Positions 1 to 11,445 of a DNA stretch of 64,000 nt are shown piece after piece (the first letter of the stretch is position 1; each line of letters starts with the position of its first letter). The position numbers and the translations under genes are program-made. This DNA is from Octopus bimaculoides (Eukaryota): NCBI RefSeq assembly GCF_001194135.2, contig NC_068985.1, positions 21,765,188 through 21,829,187 of the forward strand, given 5' to 3'. The notes below the pieces were generated by a model that was given only the letters and a program-made list of their open reading frames with translations, was not told the origin of the DNA and made no database searches.

Positions 1-10
1 TATATATTTG

Positions 11-110
11 TATGTTCGACCGTGTGACACGTTTAAATAAAAGGAGTCCTCTGTTCTTCCATTCGTCACCATATCTCCTTTTATGAGTTCGCACGGTCGT
101 CCCTAACATA
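11..110. mobile_element. Small hairpin/MITE-like element (or LTR end) between TA repeats
   Basis: Nested inverted repeats CGACCGTGTGA (17-27)/TCGCACGGTCG (89-99) and ATAAAAGGAG (37-46)/CTCCTTTTAT (75-84); termini TATGTT...AACATA; flanked by (TA)n. Confidence 0.4.
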
Positions 111-683
111 TATATATATATATATGCAGATAAATAACAGAAATGGATATAATGAGGAAAAAAAAATTGTCTGAACTACAGAGAGTAGATTGAGTCCTGG
201 TTCAAGCTGGAAATAAATGTCAATGTATACATGTCACACACATGTATATACGCGCACGCATGCACATACACACACAAACACTTTATTTTATCATACCTCA
301 GAAATCAGCTATGTGATGCATGACGTTCATGAAACTAAGTAGTAATTTCAGCACCATGATAAATATTTGCACTTTACTTCCATATTGAGTATGTACACAT
401 ACAGAGTAGGTGCTTATGCCAGAGAGAAATGGCCCAGATTTTAGAGCTCAATATTTAACGCTGCATTAAACTCCAGTATCTCATTGCTTCAGAAGCAGGC
501 ATGGCACTGCATAAAATTTATGACTGGTTATAAAGGATAGTGAGAGCAAACAATATCAGAAAACATGGAAAACAGAAATGTAAAAATATTTAAGTATCAA
601 TATTCTTCTTTACCCATTTCAACAGCAACAACACATACCTATATATGTCTATGAAACTTACTGGTGTGCACTTACACACACAC

Positions 684-688
<5 letters not shown>

Positions 689-745
<57 letters not shown>

Positions 746-781
746 ATGTATATATCTATATATATATATATATATATATAA
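689..781. repeat. (TA)n microsatellite
   Basis: Direct reading; source of the YIYIYI pseudo-ORFs. Confidence 0.95.
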
Positions 782-807
782 ACAAATTTCCCTTTTTTCA
801 GATGCGT

Positions 808-1125
808 TGAGCAGTTGTGTGGTAAGTAGCTTGCTTACCAACCAAATGGTTCTGGGTTCAATCCCACTGTGTGACACCTTGGGCAAGTGTATTCTACTAT
901 AGCCTCAGGCCAACCAAAGCCTTGTGAGTGGATTTGGTAGATGGAAACCTAAAAAAAGCCTGTTGTATATGTGTGTGTGTGTTTGTGTTTGTTCCCCCAC
1001 CATTGCTTGACAACTGATGTTGGTGTGTTGATGTCCTCGTAACTCAGCGGTTCGGCAAAAGAGACCGATAGGATAAGTACTAGGCTTACAAAGAATAAGT
1101 GATGGGGTCGATTTGTTTGACTAAA
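808..1125 (+). mobile_element. tRNA-derived SINE, family A (head TGTGTGGTAAG...GGTTCAATCCCACTG, internal (TG)n)
   Basis: A/B-box-like head, CCTTGGGCAAGTG core, many homologous copies in the window. Confidence 0.85.
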
Positions 1126-1375
1126 CATATGGAAATGTTTATGTATACATATGTGTATGTATGTATGTGTGAGTGTGTATATATATGTGTCCTCCTCATG
1201 TATAATAACAATAATAATTGATTCATTTGTGTGCATGTATGGACATTTGTGTATGTACATATATGTATTTATGTTTATTTATGTATATCTATGTATATGT
1301 TAAAATATGCATATATATGTAGGTTTTTACGGTTTTTATATTTTTATATTTCTAACTTAACCTCATGAACTTTAT

Positions 1376-1504
1376 AAAATCTCTGAAGAGGCCTAGAGAA
1401 TCATCCATGTACCTTTATTTCATCTATTAATTACTTCAGTCTACTGGAGTGATAAAGATAGAATGAGGCATGTCACCTCTAGACTGAAACAGCTGTAAGA
1501 TATT
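1376..1504 (+). ncRNA. Minimal type I hammerhead ribozyme fold (Penelope/retrozyme type)
   Basis: CTGAAGA 1383-1389; stem II 1390-1398/1477-1485; GAAA 1486-1489; palindromic stem III ACAGCTGT; GTA cleavage triplet 1495-1497; stem I AAAATCT 1376-1382/AGATATT 1498-1504. Confidence 0.75.
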
Positions 1505-1687
1505 ATCCCATTTTCTGTCACTATATGTCATTTTTATAATTACTGATATGACATAATATGTCACATGTGTTTGTATATTGTTATTATTGTCCTTTTAGTA
1601 AACAAATAAACAAGTAAATTGACACAATACAATGTCTGCAAGTTGATGAATACCACCTATTAATCCCCTCTACTTTCTTGTTGGTAT

Positions 1688-1836
1688 ATCATCATCATCG
1701 TTTAACGTCTGCTTTCCATGCTAGCATCGGTTGGATGATTTGACTGAGGACTGGTGAACCAGATGGCTACACCAGGCTCCAATCTGAGTTGGTAGAGTTT
1801 CTACAGCTGGATGCCCTTCCTAACACCAGCCACTCA
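1688..1836 (-). mobile_element. RTE-tail repeat, family C ((CAT)n tail)
   Basis: CATCATCATCGTTTAACGTC...CTACAGCTGGATGCCCTTCC motif shared with many other copies. Confidence 0.85.
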
Positions 1837-2431
1837 TATATATATATACACACACATATACATACACACACAGCATCCATCTTCCATGCTGGCATGGGTT
1901 GGATAGTTTAATCCAATGGGTACAAAGACTGCATTGTGCTCCAATGTCTGCTTTGCCCAACTTTTCTTTCACACTCTGTCATACATACATATATATAGAG
2001 AGGGGGAGGGAGAGTGTGGGATGGAGGGAGGGAAAATATGAGACACATAAAGAGAGAGATACATATAGACACATATATCTATGGGTAGATATATGTCTAC
2101 ATGTGAACCCAGCCCTGGATGAAGAGTTTAAATTCAAACTCATTTGAGCACTAATACAATTTTTCTACACTGTTCATAACTACATAATTAATCATTAATA
2201 ATAATTATTATTATTACATAATTATGTACTTATGGTAATTATTATAATTAATATTTATGTGGTTGTGAACATTTGTGTGCATAGAGGAAATTATATTTTT
2301 GAAATATTAATGATATTATTTGTTTTCTATTATCTAATAAAATATATATATACATATGTGTGTGTTCCCTTACTAACATGGAATGAAAACTTAGTATGAT
2401 AGCATGAAATTACAACATTATTATTACCTAC

Positions 2432-2464
2432 TTGGTCATGATTAGCATAAGTGTAACCAGTTGG
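2432..2464 (-). CDS. Candidate 33-nt internal exon (PTGYTYANHDQ) of an unannotated minus-strand gene
   Basis: Acceptor CATTTACATAG, donor GTAGGT, phase 0-0, open frame; phase-compatible with the candidate first exon at 6348-6401. Confidence 0.35.
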
Positions 2465-2705
2465 CTATGTAAATGTTTTATTTCATAAAAACATGTATAT
2501 TTTTTCCAACAAAATTTCTGTGCATTTTCCTTCTTTTTATAGTTTTTACTAAAATACACCATGTTGAATTTTTTCTCAAACCTTTTCACTAAATATATAT
2601 AGATATATATATAAAATGACATATAATGATTATATATTTATTTATTTATGTGTTTCAGCCAAGTGGCTGCGGTCATGCTGGTGCACCAGCATATATATAT
2701 ATATA

Positions 2706-3078
2706 TATTCTTTTATTTGTTTCAGTCATTTGACTACAGCCATGCTGGAGCACTGCCTTTAGTTGACCTCAGGACTTATTTTTTGTAAGCCTAGTACTTA
2801 CTCTATCAGTCTCTTTTGCCGAACTACCAAGTTACGGGGCATGTAAACACACCAACACCAGTTGTCAAGCAATGGTTGGGGGGGGGGGGGACAAACACCG
2901 ACACACAAACGCACACACACACACACACATATATATATACAACAGGCTTCTTTCATTCTCCATCTACTGAATCCACTCACAAAGCTTTGGTTAGCCCGAG
3001 GCTATAGTAGAAGACACTTGCCCAAGGTGTCACACAGTGGGACTGAATCCAGAACCATGTGGTTGGGAAGCAAGCTTT
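2706..3078 (-). mobile_element. SINE family A
   Basis: Reverse-complement homolog of 808-1125 with complete 3' part. Confidence 0.85.
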
Positions 3079-3099
3079 ATCTTGTTAGATGACAGCCAC

Positions 3100-3330
3100 C
3101 TCACATTAAATGATAAATGTTTCAGCCACTGTTTTCCCCAGCAGAAAACAGAATTTCATGGAAGCACACTGTTCCTTCATTTCAGCCATTACAAAAATCA
3201 ATGAATAGGGGAGAAGCACTGCAAAACAGACACCCTCAGTCACCATAGTAAGTTCCAATGACAAATATTGAAAGATGACTAATGTTACTTTGATTGCAAG
3301 TTTTATGTTAGAGTATTTTCCTTCTAGAAG
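3100..3330 (-). mobile_element. Mariner 5' fragment (transposase N-terminus MAEMKEQCASMKFCFLLGKTVAET)
   Basis: Resembles the mariner N-terminal motif EQR..IKFC..LGK.A.ET. Confidence 0.7.
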
Positions 3331-3453
3331 AGCCACTTAGTTGTATGGTTACAAGGTAAATCTATTGTTTACTATTTCACTAATTGAATAGACCATTAAA
3401 AGGAAAACTAAATTTCACAATCAAATAAATATTATGAAAATATACATTATATA

Positions 3454-3690
3454 TGAGGGGGTACTCAAAAGTAATCGGAAATGTTCTCTGTGGGACAAGC
3501 CCATCATAGTTCGGGCTTCTGTCACTCCACTAGCAGCCACATGATGCAACCCTAAGGCATCAGTCTACTAACCGGCATTGATAGGTGAAATTGTACTGCT
3601 ACATGGTACATGTTTGTTTTGCAGTGCTTCTCCCCTGTTCATTGATTTTTGCAATGGCTGAAATGAAGGAACAGTGTGCTTCCATGAAAA
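3454..3690 (+). mobile_element. Mariner 5' fragment with TIR (TA-TGAGGGGGTACTCAAAAGT)
   Basis: Mariner-type TIR after TA; 78 nt shared with 3154-3231 (3 mismatches). Confidence 0.7.
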
Positions 3691-3699
3691 TACTTTCAT

Positions 3700-4270
3700 C
3701 ATTATCATCATCATCGTCGTTTAACATCTGCTTTCCTTGCTGGTATGGGTTAGATGGTTTAACTGGCGAAGGCTGCATCAGGCTCCAATCTGATCTGGCA
3801 AAGTTTCTACAGCAGAATGCCCTTCCTAACGCCAACAATTCCAAGAGTGTAGTGGGTGCTTTTACATGCCACGGGCACAAGGGCCAGTCAGTCAGTTCTG
3901 ACATCGACCATGCTCAAATGGAGCTTTTTATGTGCCACTTGCGCAGCAGCCAGTCCGATGGCACTGGCAACGACCACACTCAAATGGTGCTTTTTATGTG
4001 CCACCAGCACAGGAGCCAGGCAGGCGACGCTGCCAACGATCATGCTCACATGGTGCTTTTTATGTGCCACCGTCACGTGAGCCAATTAGCAGCCCTGGCT
4101 TGAACAGTGCTTTTAACGTTCCACTGGCATGGGTGCCAATCAGGCAGAACTGTCACCAGCCATGACAATGATTTAACTTGCCTCAACAGGTCTTTGCAAG
4201 CATAGTTTATTATCCAATGATTGAAGGGTACTCTTAAATGGGATGGTTATGCAGCACTGGCATAAGCCAT
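3700..4270 (-). mobile_element. Family C repeat with internal ~60-bp tandem units
   Basis: (CAT)n tail; GTGCTTTTTATGTGCCACC units repeated about 3-4 times. Confidence 0.8.
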
Positions 4271-4499
4271 GGTTATGGTCTCAAACACAGCATATCTCCA
4301 AAGGTCACTTTTCATTGCGTTTAACTCCATTTATTTATTGATCTATATTATACAAAACATTTCACCTAAACCTGGAGTTTCTACCTTTATAAACAGGCTG
4401 TTACATCCTTGTTACTTGTGTGAATTTTTGCTACCCTGGTAACTGTTTATTTATTTTTTCCGTGTTATTTGTAAACACTGGAAAAAACACACATACATT

Positions 4500-4538
4500 T
4501 ACATATATATACATATATTTACATATATATATATACAT

Positions 4539-4608
<70 letters not shown>
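4500..4608. repeat. Compound (TA)n/(CA)n/(GA)n microsatellite
   Basis: Direct reading. Confidence 0.95.
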
Positions 4609-4847
4609 TAATAATAAATGGAACGAAACACATATAATCAATAAGTTCCTTTAATTCCTTATTATATGCGTTTTGCTCCATTTATTATTATTCTTTATAT
4701 CAACTCAAAATACATCACTTTGACATGGAATTTCTAACCCTTAACCGGGTGTAATATCCCAGTTTTTGTGTGATTTTTGCTACCCTGGTAACTATTAACA
4801 TATTTGCATTATCGAAGTTTTTCAACCAAGATAATATTAATATATAC

Positions 4848-4916
<69 letters not shown>

Positions 4917-4974
4917 AAGATATACAAATATATATATATAGATACATATACTTACACGCATGTATATTTATATA

Positions 4975-5215
4975 TACATAGTGAAACTATTAAAAGTGAA
5001 ACTATTGTATCACATAATAGAGATTTTAATTCACTTTTGACACGTAATACTGAAACAATCTAAGAGATCACTGTAGGCTCACATTAAGCATGATACTCCA
5101 TGGACCCTAAGTAATGCATGTGTAAAATTTGAATGAAATCAGTTGGGTAGTTCTCGAGTTTTTGTGATGCACACATACAGACATGCTCAGTTTTATATAT
5201 ATAAAGAGAGATATT
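4975..5215 (+). mobile_element. Possible non-autonomous Helentron/HINE-like element
   Basis: AAATTTGAATGAAATCAGTTGGGTAGTTCTCGAGTTT...ACATACAGACA...TTTTATATATATA resembles HINE/DINE-1-type 3' ends (recalled pattern). Confidence 0.4.
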
Positions 5216-5313
5216 TAAATAATAAGGGTGAAAAATTGAATATTAATTTGATTAATTTAAAACCGGTGGCCTAGCATGTCGAAAAATCTGAAGATTCGGA
5301 AAAATTATATTAC

Positions 5314-5560
5314 ATACATATAAGAGGGAAGACCACTAAGTGGCATCCATTTTGCTAGAAGAAGACCACCTATTGTCTGACCACTTAGAAAAGATTGTTC
5401 TCAAGAAAATTCAGCAAACGCCAGAACGTATGTTTTGCTCGCTTACGTTCTGGCGTTTGCTGAATTTTCTTGAGAACAATTTTTCTTAGTGGTCAGACCA
5501 TAGGTGGTCTTCTTCTAGCATAATAGATGTCCACTTAGTGGTCATCCCTCTTATATGTAT
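5314..5560. repeat. Long foldback inverted repeat (117-bp arms, 13-nt loop)
   Basis: 5314-5430 is a near-perfect reverse complement of 5444-5560. Confidence 0.95.
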
Positions 5561-5744
5561 ATATAGAAAGATATATAGATAGCTCTGTCGGCATATTCAA
5601 GCCCTGTTGATTTATAGTGGTACGATTCACCAATATAGTATGATTGATCTTATATGGATATAACCACTTCATATACCAAGTCAAAAAGTAGCTCGGCGAA
5701 CAGCTCCATTCATAGTATAGGGTTTTACTTCTATACAATTGACA

Positions 5745-6332
5745 CTACTTGAGCCAAATGAGTCAACAAGGGAATATGTATGTGATTACTTGACATATTA
5801 GAAACAGTAGCCAAATCCTCCTCAAATTATATTATCTTACAAAAGCATACATTGAATACACTAGCGTAGGGGAAGAGGGGACCGTCCGCTGTAGACAATA
5901 TGTATTTTTGGGGGGTGAGGGTAAACTGAAGGGCCACCTCGGGCGGCACACTCTCTAGCTTCGTTAGTGATTGAATAATGTAAGTTAACTGAACATAGGA
6001 AAAGGCAGGCTGGTCACAGTTGGATTGCCTTTTGTCATACGTTTATTCAATCAGAGCTGACTTGGGGTTAAGCAATAACATTAGATACAGAAGGCGTCTC
6101 TGATCTATTATGTGAAATGGAATAGATCCGGAGTCTCTGGTCGGTTGACCTGCTACATAAAAAAAAACAACAACAAAAACAATCCAAGTCTCCTTCAAAT
6201 CAGACTCTACCACATCAGGAAAAGATACATTGGATAAATTGTCCTAGTTACATTGTGGATAGAAACAGGATGGTTATAGTTGAAATACTTTCGACCATAA
6301 GTCTGCGCATTCAGCGTTAACCTGAAGCTAAA
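5745..6332 (+). mobile_element. Two tandem degenerate copies of SINE family D
   Basis: AGCCAAATCTCCCTCAAATC...CATTGGATAA...GGGCTAAA-like motifs; homologous to 19800-19990 and 41490-41710. Confidence 0.6.
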
Positions 6333-6347
6333 TTGCAAAAAACTTGC

Positions 6348-6401
6348 CCTTTTAATGCTACTAACGCAATCATCTTGAAAATCGCCATCGGCTCCATACA
6401 T
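6348..6401 (-). CDS. Candidate first coding exon (MYGADGDFQDDCVSSIKR) of a minus-strand gene
   Basis: ATG 6401-6399, GC-type donor AGG|GCAAGT, CpG-rich context, TATA-like motif about 175 nt upstream. Confidence 0.3.
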
Positions 6402-6568
6402 GCTTCTTCCTAGGATCTTTGATTTAAGCTTGCCTTTAATATTGAAAAGCAGAGATTGATATTCTATCCCAAAATATTTCCATAGAAATTCTCATACCGA
6501 AAATAAGACTTCTTTTACGGGGTACGATTCCAATTATAGGTACACACTTTTTATTTCACTTCCTTATT

Positions 6569-6580
6569 CTTTTTATATAG
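6569..6580 (-). promoter_or_regulatory. TATA-box-like CTATATAAAAAG
   Basis: Reverse complement of CTTTTTATATAG, next to a CpG-rich segment (6610-6640). Confidence 0.35.
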
Positions 6581-7064
6581 CCGCACAAAAGCTTATTCCT
6601 TGAAGTCTCAAACGGTGCGGTGTGACGCCGTGGTGTGCCTCAGAATTTTAGAAATTAAGGCTTCGGAAAATTCATCTTAATGGCTGGGAATCTTGAAAAA
6701 TGCATTATTCAGTTTCGTAGAACATGAGTATGACTAATAAAATGAAGTAAACAATGAGCATCTATATATATCTTTTTTTTTTTTCTAAATTTTCGACTTC
6801 CCACACGAAATCCGTCAATAATTCCTATCTTAACATACAAAACACAGCAGTAATTTCTAATTTTCCACGTGAGATGCGCTAGCAAATACTATTTTATCAT
6901 GCAAAGTGCGTGAACTTATTAATGTTATTTATTTTTAGCACGACACGAAGTCGAAAGAAATTGTGAACCATTGGTATAATTAATAAATGTAAACAAATAT
7001 TTGCCTGAATGGCAAATATTTGTTTACATTCATTAAATATACCCTAAATTACACATCACGCACA

Positions 7065-7102
<38 letters not shown>

Positions 7103-7695
7103 TACACACATTTAAACATATAAATAATAAATTATTTGTATCTGTGCGAGTAGAACTATTTAGTCCTTGGTTGCATTACATTAAGACATCAAATCGCATG
7201 CATTTGAAAATCCATTCATGTATTAATACTTACAGATGTATTTACCACAGGTCAAACCAAGTAGTAACCTCGATCTCGCCATTTAATTGATATAAAGGAA
7301 ACAATGGCTTGAAATTTAAAATGTTAAGGATTAAGACAATAATATCAACGTACTTTCTCTAAGCAATATTCTCAAAGTACATATTCTTATCTGTGTCAAT
7401 GGGTGTGTGTATCTGTTTACTCACAATGGAAACGAACCGGTTATACCGGACGTGAAATAAATTTTTAACGAATCACTGAGTAGTGCCCCCTTAATCACCA
7501 TGCCCACAGCGTCACTATACAACAACAAATAAACAATGGAAGTCGCCTCCACTAAACAAAACAGCCAAAGTAGACGTTGTCAAGTAGAGGTGAATTAAAT
7601 CGTTAATATAAGGCTAAGCAAAAAGGAAAAGAAAAAAAACTTTAAAATCGGGGAATGAAAAAAATATTGATTACATTTTTATTTTAATTTAAATC

Positions 7696-7736
7696 ATGTC
7701 TTCTGATGCTCTTGTCAAGTGTGTGGCCTATAAGCT
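7696..7736 (+). CDS. PLAT-domain gene, first coding exon (MSSDALVKCVAYKL)
   Basis: ATG, donor GTGAGT at 7737, phase 2 matches exon 11358; CpG-containing promoter-like region at 7430-7600. Confidence 0.6.
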
Positions 7737-7799
7737 GTGAGTATATATTTTAATATTTTTGAAAGGCTCAAATATCACGCTCGCACGATCACGCACATG

Positions 7800-7913
7800 C
7801 ACTTACGTATATATGTGTGTATGTATATACGTATGCGTGTATGTATGTGTGGGTGTATATATGTACATCATACATACATGCATACTTATACATGTGTGTG
7901 TATGTATATATTC

Positions 7914-7972
<59 letters not shown>

Positions 7973-8005
7973 CATGTATCTATACGCGCACATATATACA
8001 TATAA
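7800..8005. repeat. Compound TA/CA/TATG microsatellite
   Basis: Direct reading. Confidence 0.9.
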
Positions 8006-8009
8006 GCTA

Positions 8010-9815
8010 AAGTTTATTCAAGATCAATCATAAGTAACATATATATAATGTTGGTGTATACAAATCCATTTAACAAATATACAAAAATAAAAATGGAAAA
8101 AGAGAAACAAAGAAAGAAAAAAGAGAAAGAAAGAAAGAAAACAAAAAAAATGACAAAACACCAATTGAACATCAAGTGCCTCAGCTGGTCGCAAACCACA
8201 AGGTTCAGTGGAACCGACTGAAGCAATCCAACAGACTTGCATGGGCAATGGCGAGTCTAAGGTGTTAGAACAGCCAAGCACCCTTGCGGGCATCACCTTG
8301 GTAAGGCGAGCTGCCAATGATGACACGAACTTCACCATTAGCAGCCCAGCCCCTCCAAATGTCTCAAATGCTACAGGCTGGGTGAGATAGTTCACTGATA
8401 GGTCCCGATACTTAAGGATTCTGTTCCATTTGACTATGGAAGCAGTGGACCTCCCATTTACCACAGCATTCAAGATGTGGGAGGGAGCAAGGGAGTCACA
8501 GACTATGACATCCCAGATGAAGTACCTACCTCTTGCCCAGGGACAGAGGGTAAGGCCATCTGGTTTTTTCCCATCACTTCTGGATAATCTCACCAGCTCC
8601 AGAATGGAGAGGATATTAACCTGAGCCAGGGTCAACTTAATGATTAAGTTTAGGTTGGTGTGACCAGCATTTATGTGGAAAGACAAACTGCAAAGACCTG
8701 TGGAATTGAGGAGCCTACCACAATCCCCCACAGACATTTGTTCCCACTCTGAGTGTGATGGAGCTGCAGAGCTCAACTAGACTGAGTTGACCACCAATGT
8801 TGGTCTCAGACAGGGCATCCATCTAGTTCCCTGAGAATTTTGCACTAGCAGAAAGTAGGTGACGCATTGAAAATCGATCAGGTTGATCAAGGAGAGAGTT
8901 GAAAGTAGCACCTGAACACAGATTGTCTAATACTCTCTGCTTCCATTTATCCTCAACTGTCACAAGAATTGTCAAATTCAGCTCTCTCCTCTAAAACAGA
9001 GCTTCATCCATCTCCCTGTTGGAACTAGTCCATGCTGGAGAGAAGATGTTGTTGCCTACCAAAGGGAAGCAAGCATAGATGGAGGAAAGACAACAGAGAT
9101 GAGCACTTATGCAGACCTAGACTACCAAATTTTGGTATTATGGACAATGCAGCCTGATGGTGGGATTCTGGAGAGAGTCTGACATTGACCAAGGATTTGA
9201 GTTTCCTGAACATTAGATCATCAAAGCATTGGAGATTCGACAAGAATCTATAAGAGGTACTAACTCTGAGAAAATACAATAACTTAGGAATCGATATGTA
9301 ATTCTTAAATATAAAAAAAGCCTACTTCAAGATTTTTTTAAAGTGGCTCGAGGTTAGCCATCTTGAATTGAAAGATGTACTCGAAAGCTCTGTCAGTAAT
9401 TGGGGCTCCAAGAGAGCACCATGCTGATGAAGGAAGAATCGCAATAGAGGGGAAGGAGACTGTAAACAGGTTTAGTCTGATGTGAAGCTGGATGGTTGAG
9501 GAGCTAGAGTTCACATTTAGAATTGTTAATACTAAGGTCCCTACGACCAGATTCCTTAATTATCATCCTCACAGTTGCATGGGCCCCTCAAGCAAGCATC
9601 ATCATGATACCAGACATTCAAGTCCAGGTCAGCTCCCATCTTGGTAACATCATCAATGTCCAGTGCAAATAGAGCAGGTCCAAGTAGATCACCTTGTTGG
9701 ACTCCAGAGGCAAACAGGATGAGGTGGTCACCAAAGGAGAGATAAGAGGGCTTCCAATAAGCTTGCCATGCAAAGTGATAGAGCTGTGCGGGCATTCTCC
9801 CTCACTGCATAGGAA
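8010..9815 (-). mobile_element. 5'-truncated, degenerate CRE-like non-LTR retrotransposon (RT, zinc knuckle, restriction-like endonuclease)
   Basis: RT motifs GVQQGDLLGPALF and LNVWYHDD; RLE DGKKPDGLTLCPWARG...WDV..CDSLAPS and PVAFETFG; AATAAA at 8013-8018. Confidence 0.85.
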
Positions 9816-10849
9816 TGTATGCATGAATGTATGTAAAAGAGATGTAGTTGTCATTTAAGTTCATATCCTGAAACTGTTTTGAAACTGAAACAATCACATC
9901 TTGGAAGAGTGGTTTTAACCATCTAAAAATACAGAAAAATCCAATAAACCTAGTTTTCATTTATTTCTGGAAATGCCAGCATGGAAGGCAGACATTAAAT
10001 GATGATGTTGAAATTTTTGTTGCATCACTGCATTCAAATCCCCAATATTGTTCCACTGCATTGCTGTGGAAGTGTGCAACTGACCAGGCTGTAGTGGTGC
10101 AACAAACATTTTCACAACTCAAGAACTGAAAGCCAAGTGAATTTAACAGTTTGTATGTGCTTTTACGTAATTAAAATGGCTCCATCATTATATAATTGCT
10201 CCATCTTTCTCCCTCTCACCCTCTCTTTCTACACACATGCAAACATGTGTGTGTGCGTGTGTGTATCAAAATGGGAGATGGAAAAAAATTTTGGTATTAT
10301 TTATTCACCATTACATGTGTTTCATTTCTCAATAAGAGTTACAAAGGTGTACAAGTAGAATAAACAGGTATAAAATCTTGTATTAGAAGTTTATCAGGAA
10401 GAGAATCAAGCAATACAAAATTTACATTTGGATAATACTTTAATTTCCTTTAGTGAGACATCCAAATGTATTTTTTCCATTTTAGAAACTGAACAGTAAT
10501 AAGTGCTGAAATATAATCTAGTGGATTATATTAGAGCAGAATATTATGTAGATAGGGTTATGATCCAAGCTGTGTCCTCATGAAGCACATCTGTATGTTC
10601 TAGTATGCCAAAATTATATGCAGACATTATAATTGTGTGAAGCATGCATAAGAGTTAAAAAATACAGGAAAATAATTTTTGCAATCTCCTGTTTTGATAT
10701 GTAGTTAGTTAATCACTCTGCAAAAGCTATTTTCCAGTGTTTTTTTTTTAACACACACAGTTTTAACATCTACATACAATTTTGAGGTACTAGAATATGC
10801 ACGTGTGCTTCAAGAAGAAACAGCTTGGATTATAACTCTACCTACCTAT

Positions 10850-10852
<3 letters not shown>

Positions 10853-10889
<37 letters not shown>

Positions 10890-11217
10890 TGAGTGTGTTT
10901 GTGTCTGTGTGAGTGTGTGTGTCATTTGTATTTGTTTGTGCATGTGTGTGAGTATGTGTGCATGTGTTTGTGCATATGTTTGTGTGTTGTGAGTGTGTGT
11001 GTTTGTGTGCGTGTGAATTTGTGCTTATGTGTGTGTGTGTGTGTGTAAGTGTTTATGTGTGAGTGTGTTTGTGTTTGTGTGTGTATGTGTGCGTTTGCAT
11101 TTGTGTTTGTGTGTGTCTGTGTGTGTTTGCATTTGTGTTTGTGTGTGTTTATATGTGTATGTGTGAGAGTGTGTGTGTGTTTATGACTCTGTTTGTGTGT
11201 GTGTGTGTGTGTGTGTG
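10853..11217. repeat. Degenerate (GT)n/(GA)n microsatellite block
   Basis: Direct reading. Confidence 0.95.
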
Positions 11218-11357
11218 ACGTATTAACTCCAAACCAGTGGTGAGTCTATGTTATAGATTGCTTGTTATCTCTCAGACAGTCAGTCTATTTTAACATATTT
11301 TCAAACTTTCTTTCAGAACTGTTTTATTACATAGATATTGTTAATTTTCCTATTTAG

Positions 11358-11445
11358 CAAATACCACATGAATGTAATACAACGAGAAGATGGGTTCAGT
11401 CCTTCTGGAAATTGCTTCAAATATGAAAAACCTGTTGTTTATCCT
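11358..11445 (+). CDS. PLAT-domain gene exon 2 (KYHMNVIQREDGFSPSGNCFKYEKPVVYP)
   Basis: TTTTCCTATTTAG acceptor, GTGAGT donor, only one open frame, phase 2-0. Confidence 0.7.

Noticed and set aside
5288-5302. CTGAAGA-TTCG-GAAA as a hammerhead
   Set aside because: No stem II and no stem I/III pairing
645-8033. Many ORFs rich in YI/HT/CV dipeptides
   Set aside because: Translations of (TA)n, (CA)n and (TG)n microsatellites
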